NCBI GenBank assembly: GCA_013265495.1
Contig: MU058000.1
Location: 2,480,001 to 2,544,000, forward strand
Origin: Vicugna vicugna
Taxonomy: Eukaryota
Direction: 5' to 3'
DNA length: 64,000 bases
Part shown: positions 14,766 to 30,167 of the stretch, one piece after another
Position numbering within the stretch: the stretch's first letter is position 1
Layout of the letters: each line of letters starts with the position of its first letter
Made by a program: the position numbers and the translations under genes
The notes under the pieces: model-generated
What the model was told of the DNA's origin: nothing
Database searches by the model: none
Seen by the model: the letters and a program-made list of their open reading frames with translations, nothing else

Positions 14766-17700
14766 GAAACTCATAACTATGATCTACAACCTCAAATAAA
14801 TTAAATGCATTTTCCATGTAAAATACAGAGGATTAGAAGAAGATACAGCAATGTAGTCTGTCATAAAGCTAAAATTAGTCATTCATTCTTTTATTTATTT
14901 ATTTTTTACCAGCATTTACTTGATAGTGCCTAGATGCCAAGCCCATGCAAGGATCTGGAGAGCTTAGTCTGACAGGACGGAACAAGAAACGGGACAATTT
15001 TAAAGCAACGTATGCACAGGGTATTACAGCACCTCTGTGTGGATGAGGCTAACCAGTCTGAAAAGAAACATCTTTCTATGAAATCTCTTGAAATATTTTC
15101 TCCTCAGCATGGTGAACTTTTGCTAGTAAACCACTAATACTCTCTTCTCCTCACAGCAAACCACCTTTTTTATGATTTTTTTTTAGTGTCATGTTGGAGT
15201 TTAAAAACAAGATTTGTTTTATTCCTTGACATGAGCAGCACGAGGCCTCATGTGGTAGCAGCTTGAGCCTCTGGGAACGCTCTCTCAGTGAGAGCGGCAG
15301 CAGGGGACCAACTGGCTTTTAAATAATCACATTTGCAAGTGGCCAGCAGGCTGGAATGTGGTAACAGCCAGCAGACACTTCACATGGGTTTTCTCAGCCA
15401 AGTCTGGGAAGCTTCTGTCATACACCATTGTGAAGTGAACAATCAAAGTGGGTCTCGGGGGAGGGTCCTTTCCCGCTGCCACCAGGCCTGCTTACTAGAT
15501 TGGGTTAAAGAGAAGGAAGAAACCCTATGGATTTAGAAGAGAATAAAGTGTGATTTGGGGGACAGATTGCAAAATTCCCAGACATTTCTCAAAAAAAGAT
15601 GCATTTTTACTATCCTACCTCCATCTATATATATTTACCTAGTCCTTTTCTTGCAGTATGCTTAAGAAAGTTCATTTAAAGGGGATGGTGGGGCAAAATT
15701 CTGACTCAGCTTTTTGTAGAACGCATTTTATCTCTTCTTTACAGACTACGGCTGGGGTGGGGGACTTGCGTCTGTGTTAAATTCTCATAATACATTTTGT
15801 TACTTATGGGATGAATTCTGTGCTTTAAAATATAAAAATGATGATATGAAAACAATATTTACTTGTTTTTAATCTTATTTGTTTCCCTGAATTCCAGATG
15901 TTAGGGAGTGCCTCTAAATTAGAATATCTCAGAGTGTTAAGTTGAATAAGATAAGTGAAAGTTAAACATGTTAAACTGAAGATTTATTAGATAAAGGAAT
16001 AGTTTACTTAGATTAAAATAAGTCATCCATTGTATGAAGCCAGACATGGTTTGGCAAGGACTGTACATGGTTTAGTGGACAGTGGGATAGCCCTGGGAAA
16101 AAAAGGCTAACCAAGGCCGTCAGAGTCAACAGGCACTTCTATTCCAAAAAATGCATGCTACTGCAGCAATTTACAATTGTTACTTTCAAAGAAGAAGAGC
16201 TTCTTATATAGGACTGCTTCAGAAACTATAATCATTATTAAAAAAAAAAGTGTAGACCAATGTGAAGAAAAATGTTTACTTCTGAAGTATAAAGTAGAGC
16301 TTAGAAATGTCTTAGCTCATTTTTTAAAATGATGTTTTCACCTCTGCTTCTAGTAAAATAAATTTTATTTTAGTGGAAATAAAATGGCGTAAATGTAATT
16401 TACTTTTCTGACATTTATGTGTTTGTTTTCTTTCCCCATTTAACTTTACAGGAACCATAAAACTGAATTAGTTGGAACACCACTCCTGTGTTTAAAAATG
16501 TTTTCTGTGTAATTGGTGTGTATTTTACTGATATGAGATCACCATTAGTAATAATATTAGTAGACATAGGCCATTATTTGTTGTTAAATGATATCCCATT
16601 AACAATATATAATCGGACAATTATGATATTGGTAATGGAATAAATTTTATAAAACTGTGATTATGCTTCTCAGAAGAATACTCAGAAGAATCCTCATAAA
16701 TCATGTCTAAAGAAGATATAGATTGACTAGAGCTTCTCAAGCAAAGTTTGCATTTGTTTTTATTGAAAGTGTATCAAACGAATATTTAATATTTTTGTTA
16801 ATGGTATATCTAATTGGTTTAATTACATTTAAATGTAAAAAATGACTTTTTAGAACAACAGTATCTTAACTTATCACTTTTCAAAATACTTTGAATAATT
16901 ACTGCATCTGATCTTCAAGACAATGAAGTAGGCAGAATCCACAATGATAGTTCTTTTCACAGATGAGGAAAATTAATATCCAGGTGATGGCTCTCTCAGA
17001 GTGCGTACAGGTCTGAGCTGCAGCAAGATCCAACAGTTGTACAGTTAACAATCTAGGAATTGTTGGCTGGCCAGGTAATGATAGTCACATATATGAATAT
17101 TTATAAAAAGTTTAAAAAAATGGTATGTTATATGTGATAGATGCTATGTATCACAAACCAAAGAAAGAAAAAAAGCTATGGATAACAACTTTCAGAGGAA
17201 AATTACTCTTTACATTTAGTTGAATCTAATCTCTTATACTCTTTAAAAGTATTAATTGAAAGCCTACACTATCTTGTCCAATTAAAAGAATTAAAATATG
17301 CAAATCGAACAACAAATTGGTATTGAGAAAGTATGGAATCTTTCTAGACAGTGGACATTATTGAAAGATAAGCTTGGTCTACTTTGTTCTATAGAACATC
17401 TCTACTAAAGCTTATAAACCTCCGCCCCACATCACCCCACACACTACAAGTACAGGAGAAAAATAATTATATTTGTTTAACAGAAATCTGATGAGTCATT
17501 TTGATTGTGGAAGATTGGCTGTCAATGCACAACTGGAGTGAAATAGAGCAGAAAAAGCAAGAGCTAAATTGCTCTATAAAATAAAGTGGAAAACAATTAG
17601 AGATTCTGATAAAGAGAAATGTGAAGGAGGAAGGGAGGAATTTTGGAAGAATTTTGACTAACATAGGAACATCAAGTGGGAGGTAAATAAAGTTTATGTA

Positions 17701-20700
17701 AAAAAAATCTTCCAGTTTTTCATCAGATATTGAATACATAACATGTGCTAAGCACAACTGTCAACACTGAGAAAGCAAACTGAATAAAACGTACAGTGTC
17801 CCTTATAATCTACTGATGATAAATTCCCCATGTTAATCACAGGTCTCCTTTGTACAGAGGTGTCTGAAAAGTGGTCAGACTTCTCTCCCTCTTGACAGTG
17901 TTTTTTCTTTCTCAGAATCTCTGCTGTTTTGTACTTGTCTGTTGCAAACAGTATTGAAGATTAATTAAAACGAGTCTTCAGTAATACTTAACACTTATTA
18001 TTTGTGTGAGTGGTATTTTGGGGAAAAAAGCCCAGAAAGTGCACTAGACTGTAGTTGTAGATTTTACAGGGAAGTAAGAAAGGAAGAGAGAGAAGAGGTC
18101 AAATTAAAATTCAATCAAAGGTCTAGTTTAAGTAGAGAATCATAGCAAAGGTGATCATAAGACTATAAGCCCTGAATAGTCACTGCAATTTTGGGAAAAG
18201 CAGTGGAATTCTGTCAACAATTAAAATAGAATATGAATACTTTTGTAAAAAGAGCAGAGTGGCTTTGGATGATATCTGAGTTCATATACTTCAGAGGGTT
18301 GCAGGCAAATGTATTTAAATAAACCAGCATAGTGCTTAGCTTTGCACGTCACTAAAAAGGCAATGTCTCCTCTACTTGTGTCAATTCAAATGTTGCATAA
18401 TGGGCCACAATAATGATGAAAACCTAGAAGTAGTAGTCCTAATGCCCCAAAGTGCATGTATTTGAATATTTACTTGTAAGTAATTATGCTGCAATGATGC
18501 AGTTACAACATAAGTGTTTGCAAGAGTATCTGGAAAAAAAAAAAGAAAAGTTCATATGAGAGTTTTGGAGAAAAGGCTATAAGTTTACATTTGTATTAAA
18601 TATTTTTTATTCTATAGTCTCATAACTGTGAGTTTTGAGAGTATACAAAATTAAAGCTTTCATAAGCACCAATGAAGACAAATGCCTATGAACATGTCTG
18701 GGTATTCTTACACAGACTTTTATATCTAACTGCAGTGTGACTGGACAGGCTTGCTGAGAATAATGATAGTCCCAGAACTGACAAATGGCAAGTTTTAAAA
18801 TATTTTCAAAGATGCTTAATTTGGTAATCAAGCTTTGCATGAAGGCATCCCTTTTTTTAGATTTTAAGTTTGCAAGGTATATAGAATTTGCTATGTAAAT
18901 TATGATGTGAATTATGTCCTAAGAAAATTCCCAGTGTTAATGTATAAATCTAAGACACATACACACACAATGTAAAATAAATCTAATGTATAAAAACTAG
19001 AAAATCCAGATATACTGAATAGGTGAGTACTTTTGTATACAACACTTGTCTTGTGATTTTGGGTATAGGGTTTTGTCTAGAGGATTAAAGCAATCTAAAA
19101 CAGAAAACCTAAAATCAGAATAAAGTAGATTACAGAAGGCTAAAAGGAGATTCTTTATTTTGGGGGGGAGGGTCTTTGTATATATGTACTTGAGAGATAG
19201 TAGGAAATAATATGAAAGCAGAGCATGAATCCAGCACAATATTTGCAAAAATTGAAACATAGTCCTTCCTAAGATTATATAGATTATACTATTTAATGGA
19301 AAAGGGAGTTATGTTCAGTTTCTCCAAGTGAGCCAGTGTTAGAGTCAAAATTGAAATAAAAAAATCTAAGGAAGTAATTTCTTTAAATTTCAATGAGTAT
19401 AGAAATTTACATTTTTGTGTTTTCTGTTTAGATGTAAACTTTTATATTATGTTTGTATTTTATACATTTTGATTAAGAATTTGAGGGCATACCATCAGAT
19501 ATTTATTGACTGTCAAAGAAAAAATGATCAAATATATCCTGACAGATGAAATTTGGCAGCTGAAACTAGTTTACATAACAAGAAATACCTCAGTTGTATT
19601 TTCTTTCCAAGGACTTTCAAAATGATTTCTATATGCTTGCATTTTTAGATTTTGAATGTTAAGATGATTTCTAAGGGTAATTAGATCTTCAAGTAGCCAT
19701 AAGAAAGCTGTCCTGTGTAATATTAGACTTAAGAGCATTCTAAGAGTTTCTCCCAAGTGCTATTAAAATATAATATTGTGCACTGTTAATATATTTCCCA
19801 GTCAATTATGTATTATCTTAAATGGAAAATTAACTTCAAAATGGTGTGAGCAAAGATTTACTTTAAATACTAGGTGTCTTCCAGGTCATTGTGTTTCAGA
19901 CCTGGGGGCACTGTTCAAATTGTCATCTTCAGATATTGTCTTTTCTGGAGTTGGGTAGTTCATAGTCTCATGGATACATGCAAGCTCATACATAAGGGTA
20001 ATATAATCAGGTTTTAAATACAAATATGGGAACTTGTGAATAATGGTGAATAATAAAAATTACCCAAATATGAAAGAGCAGGTTTAGTATTTGATAGAAC
20101 CTACATTAATAACTCAATAAAAATCATCTAGTCAATCCTCTGAATAGCTAATGATGAGAAAAATATCTAGCACATGATAAACACTTGAAATATATCCATT
20201 GGGAAAAAAGAATCCTATATTTGGAGCAGGATACTGAAATTTGGGAGCTTAAATAATTTATCTATGGGATTCAAGACCATTTCTTTCTGATTCCAAATTC
20301 AGATCTTGTAACCATAGAGAATTTTAGTTAGTAGAGCTCCGATTTCAAATACTAAACAACCTATGGATTGAACAGGTTGTCCTTTCTTCTATATCTGAGC
20401 ATTCCTGATTTAATAGATGGATAATTCTATTCATGATTAGTCCAGATTTGCCTTAGTTGGACTAGTTTACTAAAAGTTTTACTTGTGTAGTTCATGCTAA
20501 ATGTGGTACAATTGATGGATATTTGCAAACTATATCTAAATATTGTAACTGTCTTTTAAAATATTTATTAAACAATACTCTCAGAACCAAACTATTAATT
20601 TTTCAGACATTTTATAGATAAATAGACACTTTAAGAAATAAGAATGGGAGGACTAACTAAATTCTTATTTTGCTTGATGCAAAAATAAATGAATAAATAA

Positions 20701-20791
20701 ATGCAGGTCTAAGTTTTGGCCGTCAAGATTTAAATATCCTCTGAAACTCAGTAAGGTTAGTTTTCATTTTTACAATATACTTATTACAAAT

Positions 20792-20890
20792 TGTGTTTGC
20801 AAGTCACCAAGACTACCCCCAAGAAAAATGATTTGTTAAAAGGACCCAAAGAACTTAGGAATTCGTATATCTACAGGTATTACAAAAATA
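20792..20890. mobile_element. Possible LTR terminus fragment (MER21-like) abutting the 3' break of the CSK retrocopy
   Basis: tgtgtttgcaagtcaccaagactacccccaag...tgatttgttaaaaggaccca resembles the recalled MER21 terminus. Confidence 0.35.
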
Positions 20891-20891
20891 G

Positions 20892-21668
<777 letters not shown>

Positions 21669-21680
21669 AGGAGGCCAGCA

Positions 21681-21701
21681 GGTGCTGTCCGTGGTGCTGA
21701 T
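21681..21701 (-). promoter_or_regulatory. RE1/NRSE element (REST binding motif)
   Basis: Minus strand reads ATCAGCACCACGGACAGCACC, 19/21 identical to canonical TTCAGCACCACGGACAGCGCC with both half-sites and the 2-bp spacer intact. Confidence 0.85.
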
Positions 21702-22899
21702 GCTGGATGCTGCTGTTGCTGCCTTTCCGGGGGCTCCACCTCCCTCGGTGACTGCCTGCAAGTCAGTGATGGGGTCCTGCTGGCCTTCTCCCCTTTATCG
21801 TCTCTCTGGTGGTGCCCCTGTTGGTTTTGTTGTCTTTTTAGTTGTTTTCTGATGATCCTTTTCTGAGGGCTGAGATATCACTGACATTTCATACTAGTAT
21901 TTTCTTTTTCTCTTTTATATTCTGTTTGTTGTGTTTATTTGGTATAAGAATTGAATCCAAGATTCCTCTGGGTCCTTATGTGTTAACTACCAAGGCCTGA
22001 CTGGGACTGTCTCCTGGCTTCAGCCCACTCTGGGAAGGCTGTCCCTTAGAAGAAACCTTCCTCTTCTGTGTTCATCATAAGGCTGGCAACTGGGGAAGAG
22101 TGCCAGTCACACTCCTGTGTCTGTGATATTTGGAGCGAAGAGAAAATATGATGGAATAGATTCCTGAGGGATGGAGAAAGCTTAATAAATTGCTGGTTTC
22201 TCCCCCAAATATTTTATATATAATATTCCATTTACATATTTTTCTATCAGACACATTTCCACTATGGAAATATATATTTGAAGATGTATTTTATATATAA
22301 CAAGAGATATATATGATATATAACAAAACACAAAATCTGTGTAGGAAATTGAATTGAATTTCTTTGAGTATTTTGAAGTAAAAGATGAATAAAACTTATG
22401 TAAATATTTTAAAAGTTACCAAGTGAAATCTATACTTGGTTTTTAGATATCTTGAGAATGTAATTTATGCCTCATAATTATGTTCTAATACAGGTCTAAT
22501 TCACCTATAGACAGGGAATTGAGATTTAAACTAATTCTTATAGAATTATTAAAACCTCCTTTCTTAAATTTGGTCATTAGGAGAAGTTAAACTTTTATGC
22601 AAAAACTGCTGAGATTTAAATGAGATGGTTTAAAATTTATTAATTAAGTAAAAGGGTTTCATTAATTGATTCAGTAAAATTTTACTGACCATTTACTATA
22701 GGCCAAGCTTAATGCTTGGTTAGGAGAATAAAATACGTACAAAAGATAATCCCTGACTTCAGCAAGCTAATAGTAAACTCAAGAAGGTACACAGGTTCCC
22801 AGGAAATCTTGGTTGAATATGATGAGTCCTGGGGATACAAACAAGTCATTTCAAATGTAGTTCAAAGAAGAGGCATTAAAATCAGCAAGTTTTTTTTTC

Positions 22900-23180
22900 A
22901 GTTTTATTGAGGTATCAGTGAAAAACTTTGTATATATTTAAGGTGTTCAATGTGGTAATTTTATATTTGTATATATTGTGAAATAATTACCACAATCAAG
23001 CTAATTAACACATCCATCACTGAATAGTTACCTTGTGTGTGTGTGTGCTGAGAACACTTGAGTTGTACTCGCTTAGTAAATTTCACATATACAATACAGT
23101 AATATTAATTATAGCCACCATGCTATACTTTAGATCCCTAGAACTTATTCATCTTATAACTGAGAATTTGAACCCTTTGA
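22900..23180 (-). mobile_element. L1MA-type 3' end fragment
   Basis: ttgtatatatttaaggtg...attaccacaatcaagctaattaacacatccatcac...agaacttattcatcttataactgag; a shorter relative lies at ~42522-42645. Confidence 0.85.
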
Positions 23181-24706
23181 CGAAGTTATTTTAAGTGGCC
23201 ATTTTAATCTGTGGTATATATTCTATTTTGTATGGAGATTTAAAAATATATATTTTATATCTACTTCGTATCTGTTCACATTCAAAATTATCACATAACA
23301 CTTTTTCCCTAGAATTCTATCAGAAAGAAAAAGGATAAGTCAAAATTATGCATTAATCAGCCTGGTATGGCAAAGTAGACCTCCTTCTCTTACAGCTCCC
23401 CAAGCTAAGAAGTGATGAGCTGGGATGAAAATTTCAGATAGGTGTATTGTCAGAAGAATTTCTCATTCGTTTCTTTAGCTGCAAACGCTCATTTTTTCCC
23501 AAATCCTTTTTATCTGCCATTTAGCAAGAATCCAATTACTGAGCATGAGCTTACTGCTTCATAAATAACATCCTCTTAGCTTTCCAATCACACTATTCCA
23601 GTTCTGTATTTTGTCAGCAAAAGTCCTGTTTTTAAAAATAATACTTCGGCCATCTGCTTACCCATATGCGCTACACATCACTGAATGTTAGTTTCTCTGC
23701 AAGTTTTATAGATGGAACCACAAACCTTGAATGTGTTTTCTCTCATAATTAGCATTTTACGACCACATTAAATTGATCACAGGTAAACTGTTTCATTTTG
23801 GTGTGTTATTTTGATTGTAATCAAACTGCTTGCTGGAAAGTGATTTTGTAGCCAATATATTTCAGTTATAAAGAGTTTTCTTTCCTCTTTTATAGCAAAT
23901 ACATTATTTTAAAGGTCATGCTTGTCAGACCTATAAACCAAATCCCTGACTTGCAATGTAAGGCATGCCAGGGAGGATCTATCAGTGTTTACACTGCGGT
24001 GAAGAATGTTATCTTAGCAGGCTTCATCAATTGCAATGACTGATGATGTCATTTGCAATCTCTACAATTGTCTCCTCCCAAATGAAAGGAAAAATTGCTT
24101 GGTCAGGGATTTTGTTTTCGCTTTTCTTAAGGCATAGATATATATACATATATACACACACACACACATATGTGCTATATATATTTTTTATGCCCTTTTC
24201 CTGAAAATAATAAACCATATATATATGCATGGTTTGATCTGAAGTGATCATATCTCTTCAACTGAGAAAATGTTCTATTTCCAGATGAATTAGGGGAATT
24301 TTAAATCCCTTGGGAACCAGACAAACTTTAGACTTCAGTGCTCTTGTGACACATTCATGAGGAATAAAACTTTTCAAATTTTGTTTTTTAATACTCTGTT
24401 TTTATGGTTAAAATGTAAGTTGAGTAATTGCACATGAAGTATGCAACAAAATAGTTGCAATCCACAATTTTGATGCATTTTCACTACCATTCATTTATAT
24501 ATAATAAGTAAATTCCTTTGTTTCATGTTTTGACCCATAAGTGTATGGTTAGCAGTTTGCAAGACTGATTTTTTTCTTTTCTTTCCAAAGCTTTGCTTCT
24601 TTGTTGCTTTCTTTTTCCTGAGGATTTATTTAAGGTTTATTTTCACAAAGTTAGGAACTGTACAATGAGTGTACTTCTCCACTGGATTTATTATTACCTA
24701 AAGATA

Positions 24707-25834
24707 GAGTTCCAGTCAATATGGCAGAGTGGTAGGACCACGAGCTTGCCTCTCCTTGAGACAACAATGAAACCACAACTGAATGCTAAATAACCATTGA
24801 GAAAAGACTAGAACCTAGCAAAAAAGATCTTCTGCAACTGGAAACAAAAAGAGGGAACCACAGCAGGATGGTAGGAGGGGTGTGCTCATGATATAATTGG
24901 GTCCCTTACCGCTCCGGGTGGGCGACCCATAAGCTGAAGATTTGTCAAGTTGCAGAGGCCCTCCCACAGAAGTGAGAGCTCTAAGCTCCACGTCAGGCTC
25001 CCCAGCTCGGGTCCCAACATTGGGAAGAGAAGGAGACCCCAGGACATCTGGTTTTGAAGGCCAGGTCTTGGCTCCAGGAGCCCCACAGGACTAGGGGAAA
25101 CATAGACTCCATTCACTTGAGAAGCATACATGGAAACTCACATGTGTCAGGTCCAGGGGCAGAGGCAGTGATTTCATAGGAACCTGGGCCAGACCTGCCT
25201 GCTGGATTTGGAGGTTCTCCTGTGGATGTAGGGGATGGCTGCGGTTCACTCAGGAGACATAAAAACTGGTGGCAGACATTCCAGGAGTGTTAATCTACAT
25301 GAGCTTTCTTGGAGGCTGACATCTTGATTGGATCTTTAACACCAAGACCTAACCCCACCCGACAGCCTGCAGGGAAGCCTCAGACCAAACAACATACAGG
25401 GTGGGATCACAGCCCCACCCATCAGCAGACTTCCTAAGCCACAAAGGCCTCTAGACACAGCCCTACCCACCAGAGGTCCAGGACCAAGCTTCACCCAGCA
25501 GTGGGCAGGCACCGGCTCCTCCTGCCAGGAAACCTGCACAAGCCCCTAGTCCAGCCTCATCCACCAGGGACAGACACTAGAAATAAGAAAAGAATAATCC
25601 CACCACATAGAAAGACAGATATGAGGCGGCAAAGGAGTACGACCCAGGCCAAGGCACAAGACAAAACCCCAGAAGAAGAAACAAGTGACGAGGAGACAGG
25701 TGGCTTATCTGAGAAGTAGTTTAAAGTAACGATGGCCAAATGTTCAGAGAACTCAAGAGGAGTACAGAGGCACAGAGTGAAGCTTTTAGCAAAGAGTTGG
25801 AAACTATAAAGAATACCCCAACAGAGTTGACGAA
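24707..25834 (+). mobile_element. L1 5'UTR plus start of ORF1, 3'-truncated, flanked by 18-bp direct repeats
   Basis: Starts ttccagtcaatatggcagagtggtagga; GC-richer 5'UTR; ORF1 N-terminus MRRQRSTTQAKAQDKTPEE...GLSEK. Flanks are tattattacctaaagata (24689-24706) and tattattacttaaagata (25835-25852). Confidence 0.88.
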
Positions 25835-27679
25835 TATTATTACTTAAAGATACCCTAGACTTAATTTCGTTCCCCCTTACCTAATGTAGATAGGTAAGAA
25901 AAGTTTCCAATTTTCCAGGTTTCATTAAAAAGAAAAACTTTGTGGCACAATTTTGCTTCAGTGCTAAATGCCCAAGATTTCTTCTTTCATGTTAAAATTG
26001 TCCTCTGTGAATTCTTTATTGTCATTCCTGGTCATTGATACAATTGACATGGCACCTTCTACCTCCCTTTCTGTTTTTCATGATTACGATTATTAGTCAC
26101 ACTGCCTGAAAACAAGAACGGAGCAACTGAGTAAGTCTACTCTTGAGAGTAATTATTATAAGATTATAATTTACTTATTCTTGAACATCTTTTCACAAGT
26201 AAATTAACAAATGGTTCTTATTATGTATAAGCTCTCTCAAATATGAATTTAAAAGGACAGCCTAATGGGAAGGCTTATATAACTTAACTTTGGTTACATT
26301 AGCTCCTGAGAGTTCTTAATAAATCTAACCATAGTTAAATTGTAATACAATTAAGGACTCTTAGATGCTGAATATATTCTGGGGCTACATATAGGGAAAC
26401 GGAGGACAACTATTATAATGAGATTTTTTCAAAAGTTATAATGCTAGCTAAAGACAGTGAAATGACTCTAATTCAGGATTTCTGACTTCCATTTATCATT
26501 CTTTTCACTAACACTAGCTTCAATATTTTTTGCTTAAATCTATCACAGACGCACTATACTATGCATTTTGCAAACGTCTTACTTAATCCTAAAGACAAAA
26601 TGGTAGCTGAAGCACCGACTAGTTTATTCTTAATTTTCACATAGGAAATTGCGTTTGGAGAAGTTGATAGATATCTTTTCTAAATTCATATCATAAGAGA
26701 GTAACATAAATAGCACTAGAATCCATTGCCAGATTCTCGAAAAGCACGTTTGTGTGTGTGTGTGTGTGTGTGAGTGGATATATTTACAGTCTGTCCTATT
26801 ACATGCCCAAAGGCTCTTAAGAACCACATAATTAAAAAGTCAGTTTGTGGTGATGAGGTTTAGGCTTACAGAAAAGACTTACGGAAGTCTGGGTTTATTC
26901 TAATTAAGTGAACTACCAGGGTGCTAAATGAAATTCTGTGCTTGGCAAACTCTCTTTCCTTTTATACAGGGTTACATTTGTGGATGAAATATTCTGAGGA
27001 TGAATGTTAAAAGCCCTTGTGACACCTAGACCCTCTCCAGAATTATTTTCTGAAAACATTCAGCAGTTTGGCAGCTGCTTTGCAACCTGGGAATGCATTT
27101 TAATTGGCATCACATAACTTTATGACTGAGAGATTTATTTCTCTCTCCACAAATTTCCTCCCCTCTTTTAGCCTATTAGTTGAAATGTTTGAGTTAATAT
27201 TACAGGCATTTCCCACCGTAAACTCTTCAGGGCCATGGTGCAATGACATGCCCAGTTTTCCTCCAGGGGAAAAAAAAAAAAGTGAAAAATCAGATTCTGC
27301 CAAAAAATGTTCTGTTAATTTTTAAATGTCATTTCCCCTTTCACCCTGTTTTGTTTTGATCTCTGGCTTTTGTTATTCGCTCAATACAATTCAATAAAGT
27401 TGAGAATTTATTTTGATAGCCAATCTTGTCAATGTTAGTATATCAATAACATTTTCATAAAAGTAATATCTTTTGTACTACAGTTCACTGGATTTTTCTC
27501 AATAGCTCAGAAAGTTTGATGGTTTCAGCGAATTGTAAGTAAGCAGTTTTGCTTATTTCCCAGAAAGAGTAGATCACATAATTAGCAATATGCATGTGTT
27601 TTCTTTTTAAGGTGAAGCATCTCTTCAGTTGCTCCCTGAATTTATCTTTGATAAAGTACAAATATGAACCAGAAGTGTA

Positions 27680-27890
27680 TGACTAAGAACCTCGGCTTTG
27701 AAGTTAGATGTACCTGCATTTGGATTTCAGCTGCGTTTCTGGCTTTATGCCTTTGGACAAATTACTTAGCCTCTTTTAGGTTTAGTTCCTTCATCAACAG
27801 GTTTAGGATAAGAATATTAACAGTGACTGAAGAAACATAAGTGAAAAACTTGGCATAGTGCTTGACAGGCACATATTACACAGTAAATTA
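27680..27890 (+). mobile_element. MIR SINE relic
   Basis: ggctttgaagttaga...ctttggacaaattacttagcctct...gttccttcatc core; similar relics at ~31625-31770 (minus) and ~38050-38190. Confidence 0.6.
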
Positions 27891-30167
27891 ACAGTAGTTA
27901 ATTATTGCAATATAATAACATAATAAAAGAGATAATAATATTGTAAACCATGAATGTATAAGAAATAAATTTTAAGGAAATTCCCACTTTGAATGATATA
28001 AGAAAAGAATCATAGATTTGTGGTATCTTGGGCTATTATGTAATCTTTAAAGAAACATTTTAAGACCAGTTGTAGTTAATTCTTAGCTTCAGATAACAAT
28101 GTTATTTTAAATCTTTAAAATACATAGTTATTTTGTGAATACAAAATAAAAAGCATTATATTTATCTCATTATATTTTGTTAACAATTTGAATGCATTTT
28201 TAGTAAGTCATTGGATACCTAAGTAAATTTGAAGACAAAAAAAAATCAAGGCACTTCTTTTTGTGAACTGGTATATTAGAGCAGAAGCATAATAAAGTAA
28301 AACCTATTGGAAATGCACTAAGTCTTGAGTGTTTAATTATAGAACCCTATGGTTCTTAAAATCAAGTTAACTATAAAACTGTTTTTCCCTCTTTGATTAT
28401 ATTTCAAGTATTCCTACCCATTGTATCAACTGGTCAGAATTTAATCATTTGATAGATTATGACAATTCTAACTATTATACAAGATTTTGGAGAGTGAAGA
28501 GGCTGAACTAAATGTATATGAACCCTAGGAAATTCCTGGTTGTTATATTCTCTTGCTTTCTAACAAATCTCTGATAAAAGACAAACTGTATAAAACAGAA
28601 AATATTATATTAAATGAAAAATACACTCGTATTCAGAGCTTGTGTCTCATTGGGTTTGATTTATTAACATAGTTATTTTAAAATTATATCTATGTAACTC
28701 ATATGCATATATGTATTATAAGTAAATTATACATAGTATGTGAATATACATATATGTATATATGTGGGTGTGTATATTCACACATACACCAAAATACGCA
28801 CATACGGAATACAAATACATTGACCACAACTGTATATTATATTACAACTAATAACTGAAAAAATAGCAATTTTACTCTGTAGAGTTATTTTAATTTTTTA
28901 ACAAAACACTGATTTTTAAAAAACGAATTAGCAACTTTAGTCTGTATTGTATTATGGCAAAAGACACTAAAAAATATTTTCCAGTTTTATTAGATTTCCC
29001 ATCAGTTCTTTTCATCACAATGTAAATCAGAATGTGTTGGTTACCTTTTATGTGTCTACAAAATATGAAGTTAAGTTAAGAAATAGTATGGTTCCTGCCA
29101 TTTAGATTTTTACAATCTGGAGAGAACAGTTTGCGTACATGGTATCATAAGCTTTCCTAGTATATAGTCAATGATGGAAGTTAAAGTGTATTGTACGAAT
29201 GGAGTATGTAGCTTGGGGAGTATCTGGGTAAAGTGATGTTACCAAAGACAGGATTAATAACAGATGGCTACAGAAAAACAAAATAGTTGAGCTGGGAAAG
29301 ATGCATGAGTATTAAAATGGAACAAAAAGCATAAAAAGGGGTGGTTTAGGCAGAGAGAACGGGAACAAAGTTTAAAAAAACAAATCACGTTAGAGGAAGA
29401 AATAACTATGACCTAGTTTTGAAACAGCTAGAAACTGTTCTTAGTTGCTTTGTTAGAGGCATTATATGAGTGAGGAGTAATGAAAATTACAGAGTGAAAA
29501 TAAGGGCGGAAACTACAAGATGATGTTAATTTGCCTATGGATTTAAAATGAGATAAATCTTAAATTATATTGACAGGTGTGTGAATTCACATCAAAGGAA
29601 ACTATGCGAGCACTGTATTTTGTGTTTATAACCTATATCTCAATAATTATATTGACTTTTGCACAGCTCTTTATTAAATAAATATTAAACTAGCATGTAT
29701 CAGAGAGTGTGACAATAATGTTAAAAGTACTCAACGTTCATACAAATAATTTTTGAGGAACTTCTGAATCTACTACTGACACTATTACATGATTACAAAA
29801 AGATGTTTATTATAAAATAAAAATCCATTGTATTGACATATGAAAGCACAGATCTTTGTGGGAATTTTATCAAGCTTATAATATAGAAATCTACCAGTAA
29901 AATATATATCTGCTTCTATTAGAAATTACCAATAGCATATTTAGAGATATAAATGGGTCAAATTAGTTGTAAAAATTCATCTGAGAAAACATTTCATACA
30001 CCCAGGACAAACATCTGAAGTCCTAAATTCTCTCTCCCTGGACTCATCACATTATCCTCTAGTCTCGTATCCCACATAATAACCAAAGCATCAGTTTTGC
30101 GTTGGTATACAGGTTAGGATATTAGACAGTCAGTAGACACAAAGGCAGTTATGCATTTGTCAGATGA

